In this document: positions 46,548-55,227 of the stretch, piece after piece
Numbering within the stretch: the first letter of the stretch is position 1
Layout of the letters: each line of letters opens with the position of its first letter
Source of the DNA: Pseudomonadota bacterium
Lineage (GTDB): Bacteria; Pseudomonadota; Gammaproteobacteria; Burkholderiales; SG8-39
Assembly: GCA_026399375.1 (NCBI GenBank)
Contig: JAPLRD010000028.1
Span: forward strand, 1,676 to 65,675
Reading direction: 5' to 3'
Length of the DNA stretch: 64,000 nt
Made by a program: the position numbers and the translations under genes
Notes under the pieces: generated by a model
What the model was told of the DNA's origin: nothing
What the model saw: the letters and a program-made list of their open reading frames with translations, nothing else
Database searches by the model: none

Positions 46548-47770
46548 TACCGGTGTCCCGACGCGACTTCCTGCGCCAACTCGAGCAGCAGGCCGGCGAT
46601 GCGCCGCGGCTCGAGCTGCGCGGTGATCGCGCCGCCCGCGAAAGGCGGTACGCCGACGGCGATAAAGGTTTCGATGGCGCGGCCCCAGGCCTCGGGATCG
46701 CGGCCCGGCACGATGGCCGCGGCGCCGACTTCCTTGACCCATGGACCGGCGCCGACCATGTCGCTGACGATGGTGTAGGTCTCGACCATGGCCGCTTCGA
46801 TCACGCCGTAGTTGAAGGTGTCGATCACCGAGGGCGCGAGCTGCAGGTCGGCGGCAGCGAAGTAGCGCTTCACCTCGCGGATATCGATATTGCCGGTAAA
46901 GATCACTTGTGCGGCGATGCCCTCTTCGGCCGCGATGCCCTCAAGAAGCGCCTGGTAGCTGCCGATGCCGGGCACGACCCGGTCGCCGCCGCAGATCATG
47001 AGATAGAGGTGCCTATTACTCTTGGCGGCGACGGCAAATCCGCGCACGGCGAGGTCCAGTCCTTTGACCGGAACCAGGCGGCACATGGTGACCAGCAGCC
47101 GGCCGTCGGCAGGAATGCGCCATTGTTCGTGGACTTCCGCGCGCGATTCAGCCTTGAATGCCGCCATATCCGCAATCCCGTCGACACGCATCCACGCCGT
47201 GACGTGCAAAGGGACTACGCGTATGCGCTCCGGCGCGCAGCCGCCGGCGATCAGGGCGTCGCGCGTGACGTAGGAATTGGCGCGCACCAGATCGGCGCTC
47301 TTCAGCACCCACAGCTTGACCGCTTCCTTCCAGCGACTCGCCGGGCGACCGGCGAAACTGAGCGGGATGCGCAGATAGTCGCTGTCGTGGATGCACACCA
47401 CCCAACGAAACCGGATGAAGCGCGCGACGATGGCGGCGAAAAAGCCGATCCAGTCGCCCTCGACGAAATATACATCGCAATCACGCGTGGCGCGGAAGTA
47501 GCGCGCCATGGCGACGAGCGTGGTGAAAAAGCGCCGTCCCAGCCAGGGCTTCGCCAGCCGGTCGAACAACCAGGTCCAGGGATTGCGCCGCAGGTGATGG
47601 ATGACGAAGAAATCCACGCGTCCCTCGCGAAAGCGCAGAAAGCGCGCGCCGCTGGGCGCGCGGCCGTCTTCTGTATAGACAGCCACGTCGTGGCCCAGTT
47701 CGCCCAATGCCTGCGCCATGTCCAGATGGATGGAATTCCAGATGCCGGGTGCAACGATGCCGATTTTCAT
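46547..47770 (-). CDS. Glycosyltransferase family 4
   Basis: Start chosen at MKIGIVAPGIWNSIH (the track ORF extends to 48367). It is GT-B-like, and the start is an ATGA overlap with the upstream gene. Confidence 0.75.
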   Translation of the reverse strand: MKIGIVAPGIWNSIHLDMAQALGELGHDVAVYTEDGRAPSGARFLRFREGRVDFFVIHHLRRNPWTWLFDRLAKPWLGRRFFTTLVAMARYFRATRDCDVYFVEGDWIGFFAAIVARFIRFRWVVCIHDSDYLRIPLSFAGRPASRWKEAVKLWVLKSADLVRANSYVTRDALIAGGCAPERIRVVPLHVTAWMRVDGIADMAAFKAESRAEVHEQWRIPADGRLLVTMCRLVPVKGLDLAVRGFAVAAKSNRHLYLMICGGDRVVPGIGSYQALLEGIAAEEGIAAQVIFTGNIDIREVKRYFAAADLQLAPSVIDTFNYGVIEAAMVETYTIVSDMVGAGPWVKEVGAAAIVPGRDPEAWGRAIETFIAVGVPPFAGGAITAQLEPRRIAGLLLELAQEVASGHR

Positions 47771-48921
47771 GCCGCTGCCTCGGGCAGCGCATTGAACACG
47801 TCCAGGGCGCGCGCCACGCGATGCCGAAACGCGGCAAAGGAAAAACGTTCCAGATGAACCACAGCCTGGCGTGGATTCGGCCGCGTCAGACCGCCCGGCA
47901 GCCGCTGCAATAACTGCGCGAAGGACTCGCCGCCGTCCTTGCGCGGATCGGTAAAAAAGAATCCGCTTTCGCCTTCGATGACCGTTTCGATAAAGGGGGC
48001 CGCGCGCACCGCGAGCACCGGCGTGCCGCAATACTGTGCTTCGATCAGGTTGAGCCCCAGCGCTTCCTTCTCCGGCAAACCGCTCAGAACATAATCGAGC
48101 TCCGGGTAGATCGCGGCGACGTTGGCCTGATGCCCCCAGAAGCGCACCTGCGCCTGCATCGGCTCCAGGCTGGCGCGCAGATCGCGCACCGAAGCGTAAC
48201 CGCCGCTGCCGAAGATTTCCAGATTGACCTGGGGGAAGCGGGCGATTGTCGGCGCAAGAATGCCAAACATGAGCGGAAACTGCTTGATCGGCGTCAGGCG
48301 CGAGACGAGCCCCAAAGTGAGTCCGGGCCGCTTGCTGAACTTCAATACCGTCTGGCTTATGCGCCACAAGGGTTCGGTGAGCCCGAGCAGGCGGTCGCGC
48401 AATTTGCGCTTGTCCCAGTCGTATTCGGAGCGTCTGACGATCGCATCGTTCGGAGCGTTCCGCTCCGGATCGGCGACGCCGTACATGGGCTCAGCGTAGG
48501 CGTTTCCGTAGCCGCGCGCCTTGATGCTGTCCAACACGTATTGCGACACTGCGAGCAGGTGTCGATAGTGCCTGAAACCGGCCGGATCGCGCTCATACAG
48601 TGGCATGTGAACGAAGCCGCAGAGCACGTGCCGCCCTGCCACCCATTGCGCAGCGTCCGCATCCAGCGCGGTCTGGGTAACGACCAGGGATTTCTCCTTC
48701 GGCAATAGGCGCCGGATGTCGGCAGCGCTGTTCACACGAACGATTTCCACACCGGCGGGCAGGAGTGAATCCCAAAAATCGGCTTTGCGGCTGACGAACA
48801 GCACTGCCCGGTAACCCAGCCCGATCAGCGCCATGGTGAAGAAGCGCGTGTAGACTTCGCCGCCGCCGAATTGCTGCTGCAGATTGACCTGGTACACGCA
48901 GCTTGCAGACGTTGCGCTCAA
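47767..48921 (-). CDS. Glycosyltransferase family 4
   Basis: 384 aa. The blocks are GGGEVYTRFF and EALGLNLIEAQYCGTPVLA (E-x7-E). The start is TTG 48921, with an alternative GTG at 48897. Confidence 0.7.
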   Translation of the reverse strand: MSATSASCVYQVNLQQQFGGGEVYTRFFTMALIGLGYRAVLFVSRKADFWDSLLPAGVEIVRVNSAADIRRLLPKEKSLVVTQTALDADAAQWVAGRHVLCGFVHMPLYERDPAGFRHYRHLLAVSQYVLDSIKARGYGNAYAEPMYGVADPERNAPNDAIVRRSEYDWDKRKLRDRLLGLTEPLWRISQTVLKFSKRPGLTLGLVSRLTPIKQFPLMFGILAPTIARFPQVNLEIFGSGGYASVRDLRASLEPMQAQVRFWGHQANVAAIYPELDYVLSGLPEKEALGLNLIEAQYCGTPVLAVRAAPFIETVIEGESGFFFTDPRKDGGESFAQLLQRLPGGLTRPNPRQAVVHLERFSFAAFRHRVARALDVFNALPEAAA

Positions 48922-48952
48922 TTTCCCGCCTCGCCGCCGGTACGACCGGGTT

Positions 48953-50854
48953 TCACAGCGGCACCTTGAAACTTTCGACCCATTGCGACAACACCAGCAG
49001 TGACCACAGCCGGTTGCTGTGCGAAGCGCGTCCGGAAAGGTGCTCTTCCACCATGCGCTCGACCGCGTCCTGCCGGAACCAGGGTGCGAGCGCTTTCTGC
49101 GCCAGCAGGCGCTCGCGCAGGATGGGGCCGAAATCGTTCCTGACCCAGTTCGCGAGCGGTACGGAGAAGCCCTGTTTCTTGCGCTGCATGAAACCCGGCG
49201 GCAGCCAGTCCTTGAACGCTTCCTTCAGAATGTGCTTGTGCCTGCCACCTCGGGTCAGCTTGTACGAGCCCGGCAAGGAGCAGGCGAACTCGATCAACTG
49301 ATGGTCGAGAAAGGGCGAACGGCACTCGAGCGAGTTCGCCATGCTGGCGATGTCCACCTTGAACAGGATGTCTTCCGGCAGGTAGGTGGACTGGTCCACG
49401 TAGAGCCAGCGGTTGACCGCGTCGGCGCCGGCGGCGCGAGACAGCGCCTGCGCCAGGTAATCGTTGGTGCGTGCGCCGCTGGTATTGCGCGCGAATTCGG
49501 GCGTGACCAGGTTGCGCTTCTCGCTGTCGGTGTAAAAGGCGAGCAGGTGCTGGTAGCGCTCGGCGCCGGAAAGCGCCAGCATTTCGTCGGCCCGCGTGGC
49601 CGGAAAGCGCCGGCGCGCCTTGCCCGGATGCGTGAGATTCTCCACCGCCACGGTAAGCCGTCGCGAACCGCGCCACAGGGGCGTCAGGCGCCATTTGGCC
49701 AGCGTTTCGGCGCGGCGCATATGGTAGAAGCGGCGATAGCCGGCAAACACCTCGTCGCCGCCGTCGCCGGTCAGCGCCACGGTGACGCTCTTCCTCGCGA
49801 ACTCGGACACGTAATAGGTCGGCATGATCGAGTTGTCGGCCATGGGCTCGCCCAGGTGCCCGACCAGTTGCGGCAGCAGATCGACGGCCGCGGGCCGCAC
49901 GGTCATTTCGTGATGCTCCGTGCCCAGATGGCGCGCGACCTCGCGCGCGTAGGGCAGCTCGTTGAAGCGTTCGTCCTCGAAACCGATGGCGTAGGTCTTG
50001 ACCGGGTCGCTCGCGAGCCGCGCCATCGCCGCCACGGTGATGCTGGAATCGACGCCGCCCGAAAGAAACGCCCCCAGCGGCACGTCACTCACTAGGCGGA
50101 TGCGCGTCGCTTCCAGCACTTTCTCGCGCAGCGCTTCGCAGGCCTCGCCGAACGACAGGCGCGAGCGCGCCGCATGGTCTATGTCCCAGTAGCGCCACAC
50201 GCGCTCGACCTTGCCTTCGCGCACGATCATGGCATGCGCCGGCGGCAGCTTGCGGATGGCACGGAAACCCGACAGCGGCGCCGGGATGTACTGAAACGTG
50301 AGGTAGTGGTCCATGGCGGCGTAATCGGGAGCGCGCGACAGATCGGGCTTGATCCGGAACAACGTGGCGATCTCGGAAGCGAAAGCGAAGCCGGCGCCGG
50401 TTTCGGCATAGACCAGCGGCTTCACCCCGAGGCGGTCGCGCGCGAGCGACAGAGTATTCTTTTCCCGGTCCCACACGGCGAAAGCGAACATGCCGCGCAG
50501 GCGCGCAAGGCAGGCCTCGAACCCCTCGCGCATGAACACGCGCAGCAGCACTTCGGTGTCGGAGTGACCGGCGAAGGTTTCGCCCTGAGCTTCCAAGCTG
50601 GCGCGCAATTCGGGAAAGTTGTAGATCTCGCCGTTGAACACGATGACATAGCGCCCGTCCGGGCTTTGCATCGGCTGATGCCCGAGCTGCGACAGATCGA
50701 TGATGGAAAGCCGGTTGAAACCGAGCGCAGCACGCTCATCGCGCCACACTCCGCTGTCATCCGGGCCGCGGTGGCGCTGGCCGGCGATCGCCGCGTCCAG
50801 ATCGGGAATGAAGGCGCCGCCCGAGCGACCGGCGAAGCCCAGGATGCCGCACAT
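48953..50854 (-). CDS. Asparagine synthase (glutamine-hydrolysing) family amidotransferase, second polysaccharide-associated paralog
   Basis: Start chosen at the MCGILGFAG nucleophile Cys (the track ORF extends to 50980). The PP-loop is LGAFLSGGVDSS. The start forms a TAATG overlap with the upstream GT4. Confidence 0.9.
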   Translation of the reverse strand: MCGILGFAGRSGGAFIPDLDAAIAGQRHRGPDDSGVWRDERAALGFNRLSIIDLSQLGHQPMQSPDGRYVIVFNGEIYNFPELRASLEAQGETFAGHSDTEVLLRVFMREGFEACLARLRGMFAFAVWDREKNTLSLARDRLGVKPLVYAETGAGFAFASEIATLFRIKPDLSRAPDYAAMDHYLTFQYIPAPLSGFRAIRKLPPAHAMIVREGKVERVWRYWDIDHAARSRLSFGEACEALREKVLEATRIRLVSDVPLGAFLSGGVDSSITVAAMARLASDPVKTYAIGFEDERFNELPYAREVARHLGTEHHEMTVRPAAVDLLPQLVGHLGEPMADNSIMPTYYVSEFARKSVTVALTGDGGDEVFAGYRRFYHMRRAETLAKWRLTPLWRGSRRLTVAVENLTHPGKARRRFPATRADEMLALSGAERYQHLLAFYTDSEKRNLVTPEFARNTSGARTNDYLAQALSRAAGADAVNRWLYVDQSTYLPEDILFKVDIASMANSLECRSPFLDHQLIEFACSLPGSYKLTRGGRHKHILKEAFKDWLPPGFMQRKKQGFSVPLANWVRNDFGPILRERLLAQKALAPWFRQDAVERMVEEHLSGRASHSNRLWSLLVLSQWVESFKVPL

Positions 50855-51960
50855 TACGTGCGCCCCCCCTGCAGCACGCGCTCCACTTTGGCGGCGTTGG
50901 CGGCCCAGGTAAATTCGGCCACGACGCGATCGCGCCCCGCCGCGCCCATGGCGTGCATCCTGTCCGGCTGCCGCAGCCACTGCGCCAGGGTTTCGCGCCA
51001 GGCAGCTACGTCGCCAGCAGGCAGCAGGTCGCCGGTCACGCCCGGCAGCACGATTTCCGTCATGCCGCCCTGGCGCGACGCCAGCACCGGAAGCCCGCAG
51101 GCCATGGCTTCGACCAGGGTGATGCCGAACGATTCCTCGCCCAGAGAAGGCTGCACCAGCATGTCCGCCTGGGAAAGCATCGACGGCAATTGCTCATGCG
51201 CGATGCGCCCGCAAAAATGCACCCTGGGCGCGATGCCGAGCCGCTCCGCCTGCTCGCGCAGGCGCGCCGCGTCCGGCCCTTCGCCGATTACCAGGAAATG
51301 CACATCCGGCGGCAATTGCGGCAACAGTTCCATGATAACGCGCAGGCCTTTCCAGCCGACCAGGCGGCCGACGCTGGCGATCACGCGCGCGGTGTCGGGC
51401 AGTCCCAGGCTTTGCCGCAGGACCGCTTCGCGCTGCATCGGTTTGAACTGGTCCACGTCGACGCCGTTATGCACCACCTGTACCGCTCGCCCGTAATGCG
51501 CTTCGACCTGGGCCGCGTTGTAGCGGCTGGTCGACAGCCAGTGGTCTATGCTGCGCGAAAAATAACGGTCGCCGAAATAGAATTCCGTGCCGCCGGAGCG
51601 ATAGATGGTCTGCGCCGCCAGGCCCCTGCGTCGCGCCTGCCACAGAATGGGGAAATCGAAAGGCTTGTTCACGATCACCGCATCGTAGCCCGCGCCGGCC
51701 AGATGCGAAAGAGAGTGCTGCGCGAACGACAAACGCTCCATCAGTCGGCGAAAACGCGTCCCCAGGTTGGGCCACGTCTGTTCGCGCCGGAACGGAAAGC
51801 GCAGCAATTCCACTTCCTGATGCCGCGGCTCGCCGCCGAGGCCGGCGACAATGCTCACCTGGTGTCCGCGGCGCGCCAGCGCCCTTCCCGCTTCCCAGCA
51901 ATAGGTCTCCAGTCCGCCCTGAATGAAGCTCGCCGTCACATTGTAGAAGCAGACCTTCAT
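50854..51960 (-). CDS. Glycosyltransferase family 4
   Basis: Start chosen at MKVCFYNVTASFIQGGLETY (the track ORF extends to 52782). The E-x7-E block is EESFGITLVEAMACGLPVLAS. Confidence 0.85.
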   Translation of the reverse strand: MKVCFYNVTASFIQGGLETYCWEAGRALARRGHQVSIVAGLGGEPRHQEVELLRFPFRREQTWPNLGTRFRRLMERLSFAQHSLSHLAGAGYDAVIVNKPFDFPILWQARRRGLAAQTIYRSGGTEFYFGDRYFSRSIDHWLSTSRYNAAQVEAHYGRAVQVVHNGVDVDQFKPMQREAVLRQSLGLPDTARVIASVGRLVGWKGLRVIMELLPQLPPDVHFLVIGEGPDAARLREQAERLGIAPRVHFCGRIAHEQLPSMLSQADMLVQPSLGEESFGITLVEAMACGLPVLASRQGGMTEIVLPGVTGDLLPAGDVAAWRETLAQWLRQPDRMHAMGAAGRDRVVAEFTWAANAAKVERVLQGGRT

Positions 51961-52889
51961 CGGCCGGCCGGTTCCACATTCGACACGTGCGGCGCGGCGT
52001 TCGCGTGCTGCGCATATCCAAGCAGCATCCCCGCGATCGCCCAGAACAGCAGGGCGAGGTCGCGCTGGAAGAAATCGTTGCTGAGATTGCGCGCGACCAC
52101 GCCCACGACCAGCAATACACCGCAGATGCCGGCCATGGCGCTGACGCGATCTTCTGCTCGGCTCAATTCCAGGAATTTTCGCAGCAGTGCCAGGAACAGC
52201 AAGACAATTGCGATCACTCCCGGGATTCCCATGGCGATACCGTAGTTCAGGAACAGATTGTGCGCGTGCCAGAACAAGGGGTATTTCTGCGATACCAGAT
52301 CCGGATAGGCGCTTTTCATCGTCTGGCGTCCGAATCCCTTGCCGACGAGCGGGTGCTGCAGAATGCGCTCGGAAACCGCAGCCCAGGTCGTGACGCGCGG
52401 GTCGTCGGTCCACGACACCGTGTCGCGCGTCACCGACGCTCCCACCACGGCCAGAACCGACACCAGAACGGCTGCGGCGCCTATCGCCTGCATGCGGCGC
52501 GCCGAGATCGCGACAAAGCCGCGCGCATGCAGCAGATACAAGGCGCACAGCGCCTGCAGCGCGAACACCAGCCAGAAGGCGCGCTGACCGGCCAGCACCG
52601 CGACCACGAGCTGCAATGCGATCAGTCCTGAAACCAACGTCCAGCGATGCCGATGCTGCAGAACGAATCCTGCCCAGAGCAACACCGGCAGCAACGCGAG
52701 CAGATAGGTGCTGTAGCCGCCCGAGCCTCCGGCCAGGCCGCGCTCGTTCCAGTAGGACGAGCCGGAGGAAAAGTGTTCCCACAAAGCGAGCAAGGCCAGA
52801 GTCAGATTGCCCAATATCAGCACCATTACAAAGAAACCGGCGTCGTTTCGGGTTCGGGTCAGGGTAAGAAAACCGAGATAGGCCGCCAT
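51957..52889 (-). CDS. O-antigen ligase / polymerase-like membrane protein (Wzy_C domain); N-terminus unresolved
   Basis: Multi-TM protein with the periplasmic-loop motif WHAHNLFLNYGIAMGIPG. The frame stays open and protein-like up to 53052, but it has no ATG, GTG or TTG upstream of ATG 52889. Confidence 0.7.
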   Translation of the reverse strand: MAAYLGFLTLTRTRNDAGFFVMVLILGNLTLALLALWEHFSSGSSYWNERGLAGGSGGYSTYLLALLPVLLWAGFVLQHRHRWTLVSGLIALQLVVAVLAGQRAFWLVFALQALCALYLLHARGFVAISARRMQAIGAAAVLVSVLAVVGASVTRDTVSWTDDPRVTTWAAVSERILQHPLVGKGFGRQTMKSAYPDLVSQKYPLFWHAHNLFLNYGIAMGIPGVIAIVLLFLALLRKFLELSRAEDRVSAMAGICGVLLVVGVVARNLSNDFFQRDLALLFWAIAGMLLGYAQHANAAPHVSNVEPAGR

Positions 52890-53135
52890 GGCATAGCCGA
52901 TTTCATTCTTGATTTCGCCCAGCGAGTAGTCCGGATCGAACGCCGTAACCAGCGACAGCAGCGCGCAAGCCGCCCAAAACAGCAGCTCGTTCCTTGCCGG
53001 AATCTGCGGAAAGCCGTTTTTGGGTCGGGTTTTCCCGCCGAATCCCGTGATTCACAGCCACCGAATGACTAGTCTAATGGCAGGCACCGGATGGAGATGG
53101 AACGAACATGCTGAACGTGGAATTGAAGGAGGGCT

Positions 53136-54155
53136 TCACGGCCTCTTCCCTGCCTTCAAACCAGCCAGCAAATCCTGCGCCGCCTGCAGCACCGCGGCTA
53201 CCGTGATATCGGCCATCGAAGGCGTGGTATCCGCGCTTTTCCCCGTGAGAGGATGCTCGATCATGAAGCACGCAGGATGCTGCAGCGGAACGAGATTGCG
53301 CCCCGGATAGGCGGAGTGATACAGCGCCACCATGGGCATGCCGAGCGCGCCGGCGATATGCGTGGGGCCCGTATCGACGCCGATGTATAGGTCGAGCTCG
53401 GCCATGAGCGCGGCGCTCCGGCGCAGGCTCATGCGGCCGGCAGCGAGCGCGGCATGGTTAGGGCAGGCAGCAAGCAAGGGCTCAGCTTTCTCCGCGGCAG
53501 CCTTGTCGCCAAGCAGCAGAAATTGCGCCTGGGTGTGGGTCGCAAGGACGCACCCCATCAATTCCTGGAAGCTGGATACGGGCCAGTCGCGGTGCGCCTT
53601 GGTGGGAAAGCTTGCGATCTGCAGGCCGATCAGGGGCCGGCCGGCGGGCACATGTGCGCCCAGCCATAATCGGGCCTCTGCGCGCTCTGCATCCGTGACG
53701 CCGTACGCCAGCCGCAGATCAGGCGGAGACGCCAGCCCGAGCGGCGCGAGCAGCGACAGGCGGTGCAGCACCGCGTGTTGCGGCACTTCCGGATCCGCGA
53801 CCGCGTGCGCGAGCCGGCCGTTCAGCGCCTTGTCGCGCTGCTTGAATGCGATCACGCTGTCGCTCTCACGCAGGGCATATCGCAGCAGCGCGGCGTCATG
53901 GCCGTAGACCAGCGCCAGATCGAAGCGGCTTTTGCCTATCCACCCCCTCGTAGTCGCCGAGGTCTTGGTGATGCCTGCGAGGGTGTCGATAAAGGGCAGG
54001 TGCTGAAGCACTTCGAGGCGCTTGGGATGCGCCAGCACGGTCAGCTTTCCTTGCGGGATCGCCTCCCTGAGCGCGCGCAGCGCGGGCGTCACGAGCAGCG
54101 TGTCACCGATGCGCGCGACGACAATCACCAGCACCTGCGCGTCGGGCTTGATCAC
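53136..54155 (-). CDS. GT9-family (heptosyltransferase-like) glycosyltransferase
   Basis: 339 aa. The blocks are VLVIVVARIGDTLLVTPALRAL and GVDTGPTHIAGALGMPMVALY. Confidence 0.8.
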   Translation of the reverse strand: MIKPDAQVLVIVVARIGDTLLVTPALRALREAIPQGKLTVLAHPKRLEVLQHLPFIDTLAGITKTSATTRGWIGKSRFDLALVYGHDAALLRYALRESDSVIAFKQRDKALNGRLAHAVADPEVPQHAVLHRLSLLAPLGLASPPDLRLAYGVTDAERAEARLWLGAHVPAGRPLIGLQIASFPTKAHRDWPVSSFQELMGCVLATHTQAQFLLLGDKAAAEKAEPLLAACPNHAALAAGRMSLRRSAALMAELDLYIGVDTGPTHIAGALGMPMVALYHSAYPGRNLVPLQHPACFMIEHPLTGKSADTTPSMADITVAAVLQAAQDLLAGLKAGKRP

Positions 54156-55212
54156 GGCGCGATGCCGCGAAACACCGCTTCCATGCTGTCGAGCATGCGC
54201 TCGCGCGAGTAGCGGCTCTGCACCCAGGCGCGCGCCGCCTGCGCCAGCTTTTCACCGAGCGCAGGATCGCCCAGCAATCGCTCGATGGCGGCGCGAAGCG
54301 CTGCCGCGTCCTGCGCCGGCACCAGCAGCCCGGTTTCCTCGCGCCGTATCAGCCCGTCTATGCTGCCCACGCGCGTGGAAATCACCGGCACGCCGGCGGC
54401 CATGGCCTGCATCAGCGCCTGCGGCACGCCCTCGTTGGCGTACGACGGCAGCGCGAACACATCCAGTGCCTGCAGCCACGGCACCACGTCGGCCTGATTG
54501 CCCGGCATGTGCACGCGCTCGCCCAGGCCGAGCTGCGCCACCTGCTGCTTCAGATTGTCGCGGCCGGGTCCGTCGCCGACCATGAGCAGGCGCGCGTTCG
54601 TCTGTTTCAGCCCGGCGAAGGCTTCCACTAGATAGCGATGACCTTTCCAACTGCGCAGCGTGGCGACGATGCCTATGCAGGGTTGCACCGGATCCAGGCC
54701 CAGTTTCGCTTTCGCCTGCGCCCGGTCCGCCGGCGCATAGCGCGCCAGGTCGATCCCGGTGGGCACCGAAACGATGGTCTCCGGACGATAGCGATTGTCG
54801 CGTATCAGCTGCTCGCGCAGGCGCTCTCCGGTGGTGACGATGCGGGCGTGGCGATATTGTCGGGAACCGCCGCCGAAATGTGTCGCGTGCGCACCAGCGC
54901 CGGACGCGGGCTCAGACCGAGAAGCGCGAGCGCGGCGAGCCAACTGTCGGTGGAACTGTGGCTGTTCAGGACGTCGCAGGTTTCTTGTGCAAGCCAGGTG
55001 CGCATGGCGCGCCATCCGGCCAGACTTTTGCGCGCGATGGGCAATGCCACAGCAGTCACGCCGCGCGTCGCCGCTTCGTCGTGGATGCGCGCCTCGCGCG
55101 GACACAGAAGGGTTACGCGGTGGCCGCGCGAGCGCATGCCCGCCGCCTCCTCCAGCACGCGGATCTCCTGGCCGCCCCAGCCGCAGGAGGACTCGCTGTG
55201 CACGATATGCAT
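54152..55212 (-). pseudogene. LPS-core glycosyltransferase family 4, split by a frameshifting deletion
   Basis: The N-terminal 117 aa (MHIVHSESSCGWGGQEIRVLEEAAGM...VRTRHISAAVPDN) are in the frame of ORF 54805-55212. The remainder (RHARIVTTGERLREQL...EGVPQALMQAMAAGVPVIST...) is in the frame of ORF 54152-55231. Only 14 nt separate VPDN from IVTTGE. Confidence 0.6.
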
Positions 55213-55227
55213 CGCTTCGAGACCGCC

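Noticed and set aside
50863-50869. A C7 tract (G7 on the coding strand) near the 3' end of the GT4 gene at 50854-51960, considered as a phase-variation tract.
   Set aside because: It lies only about four codons before the stop, so slippage would change just the last few residues. It is unlikely to act as an on/off switch.
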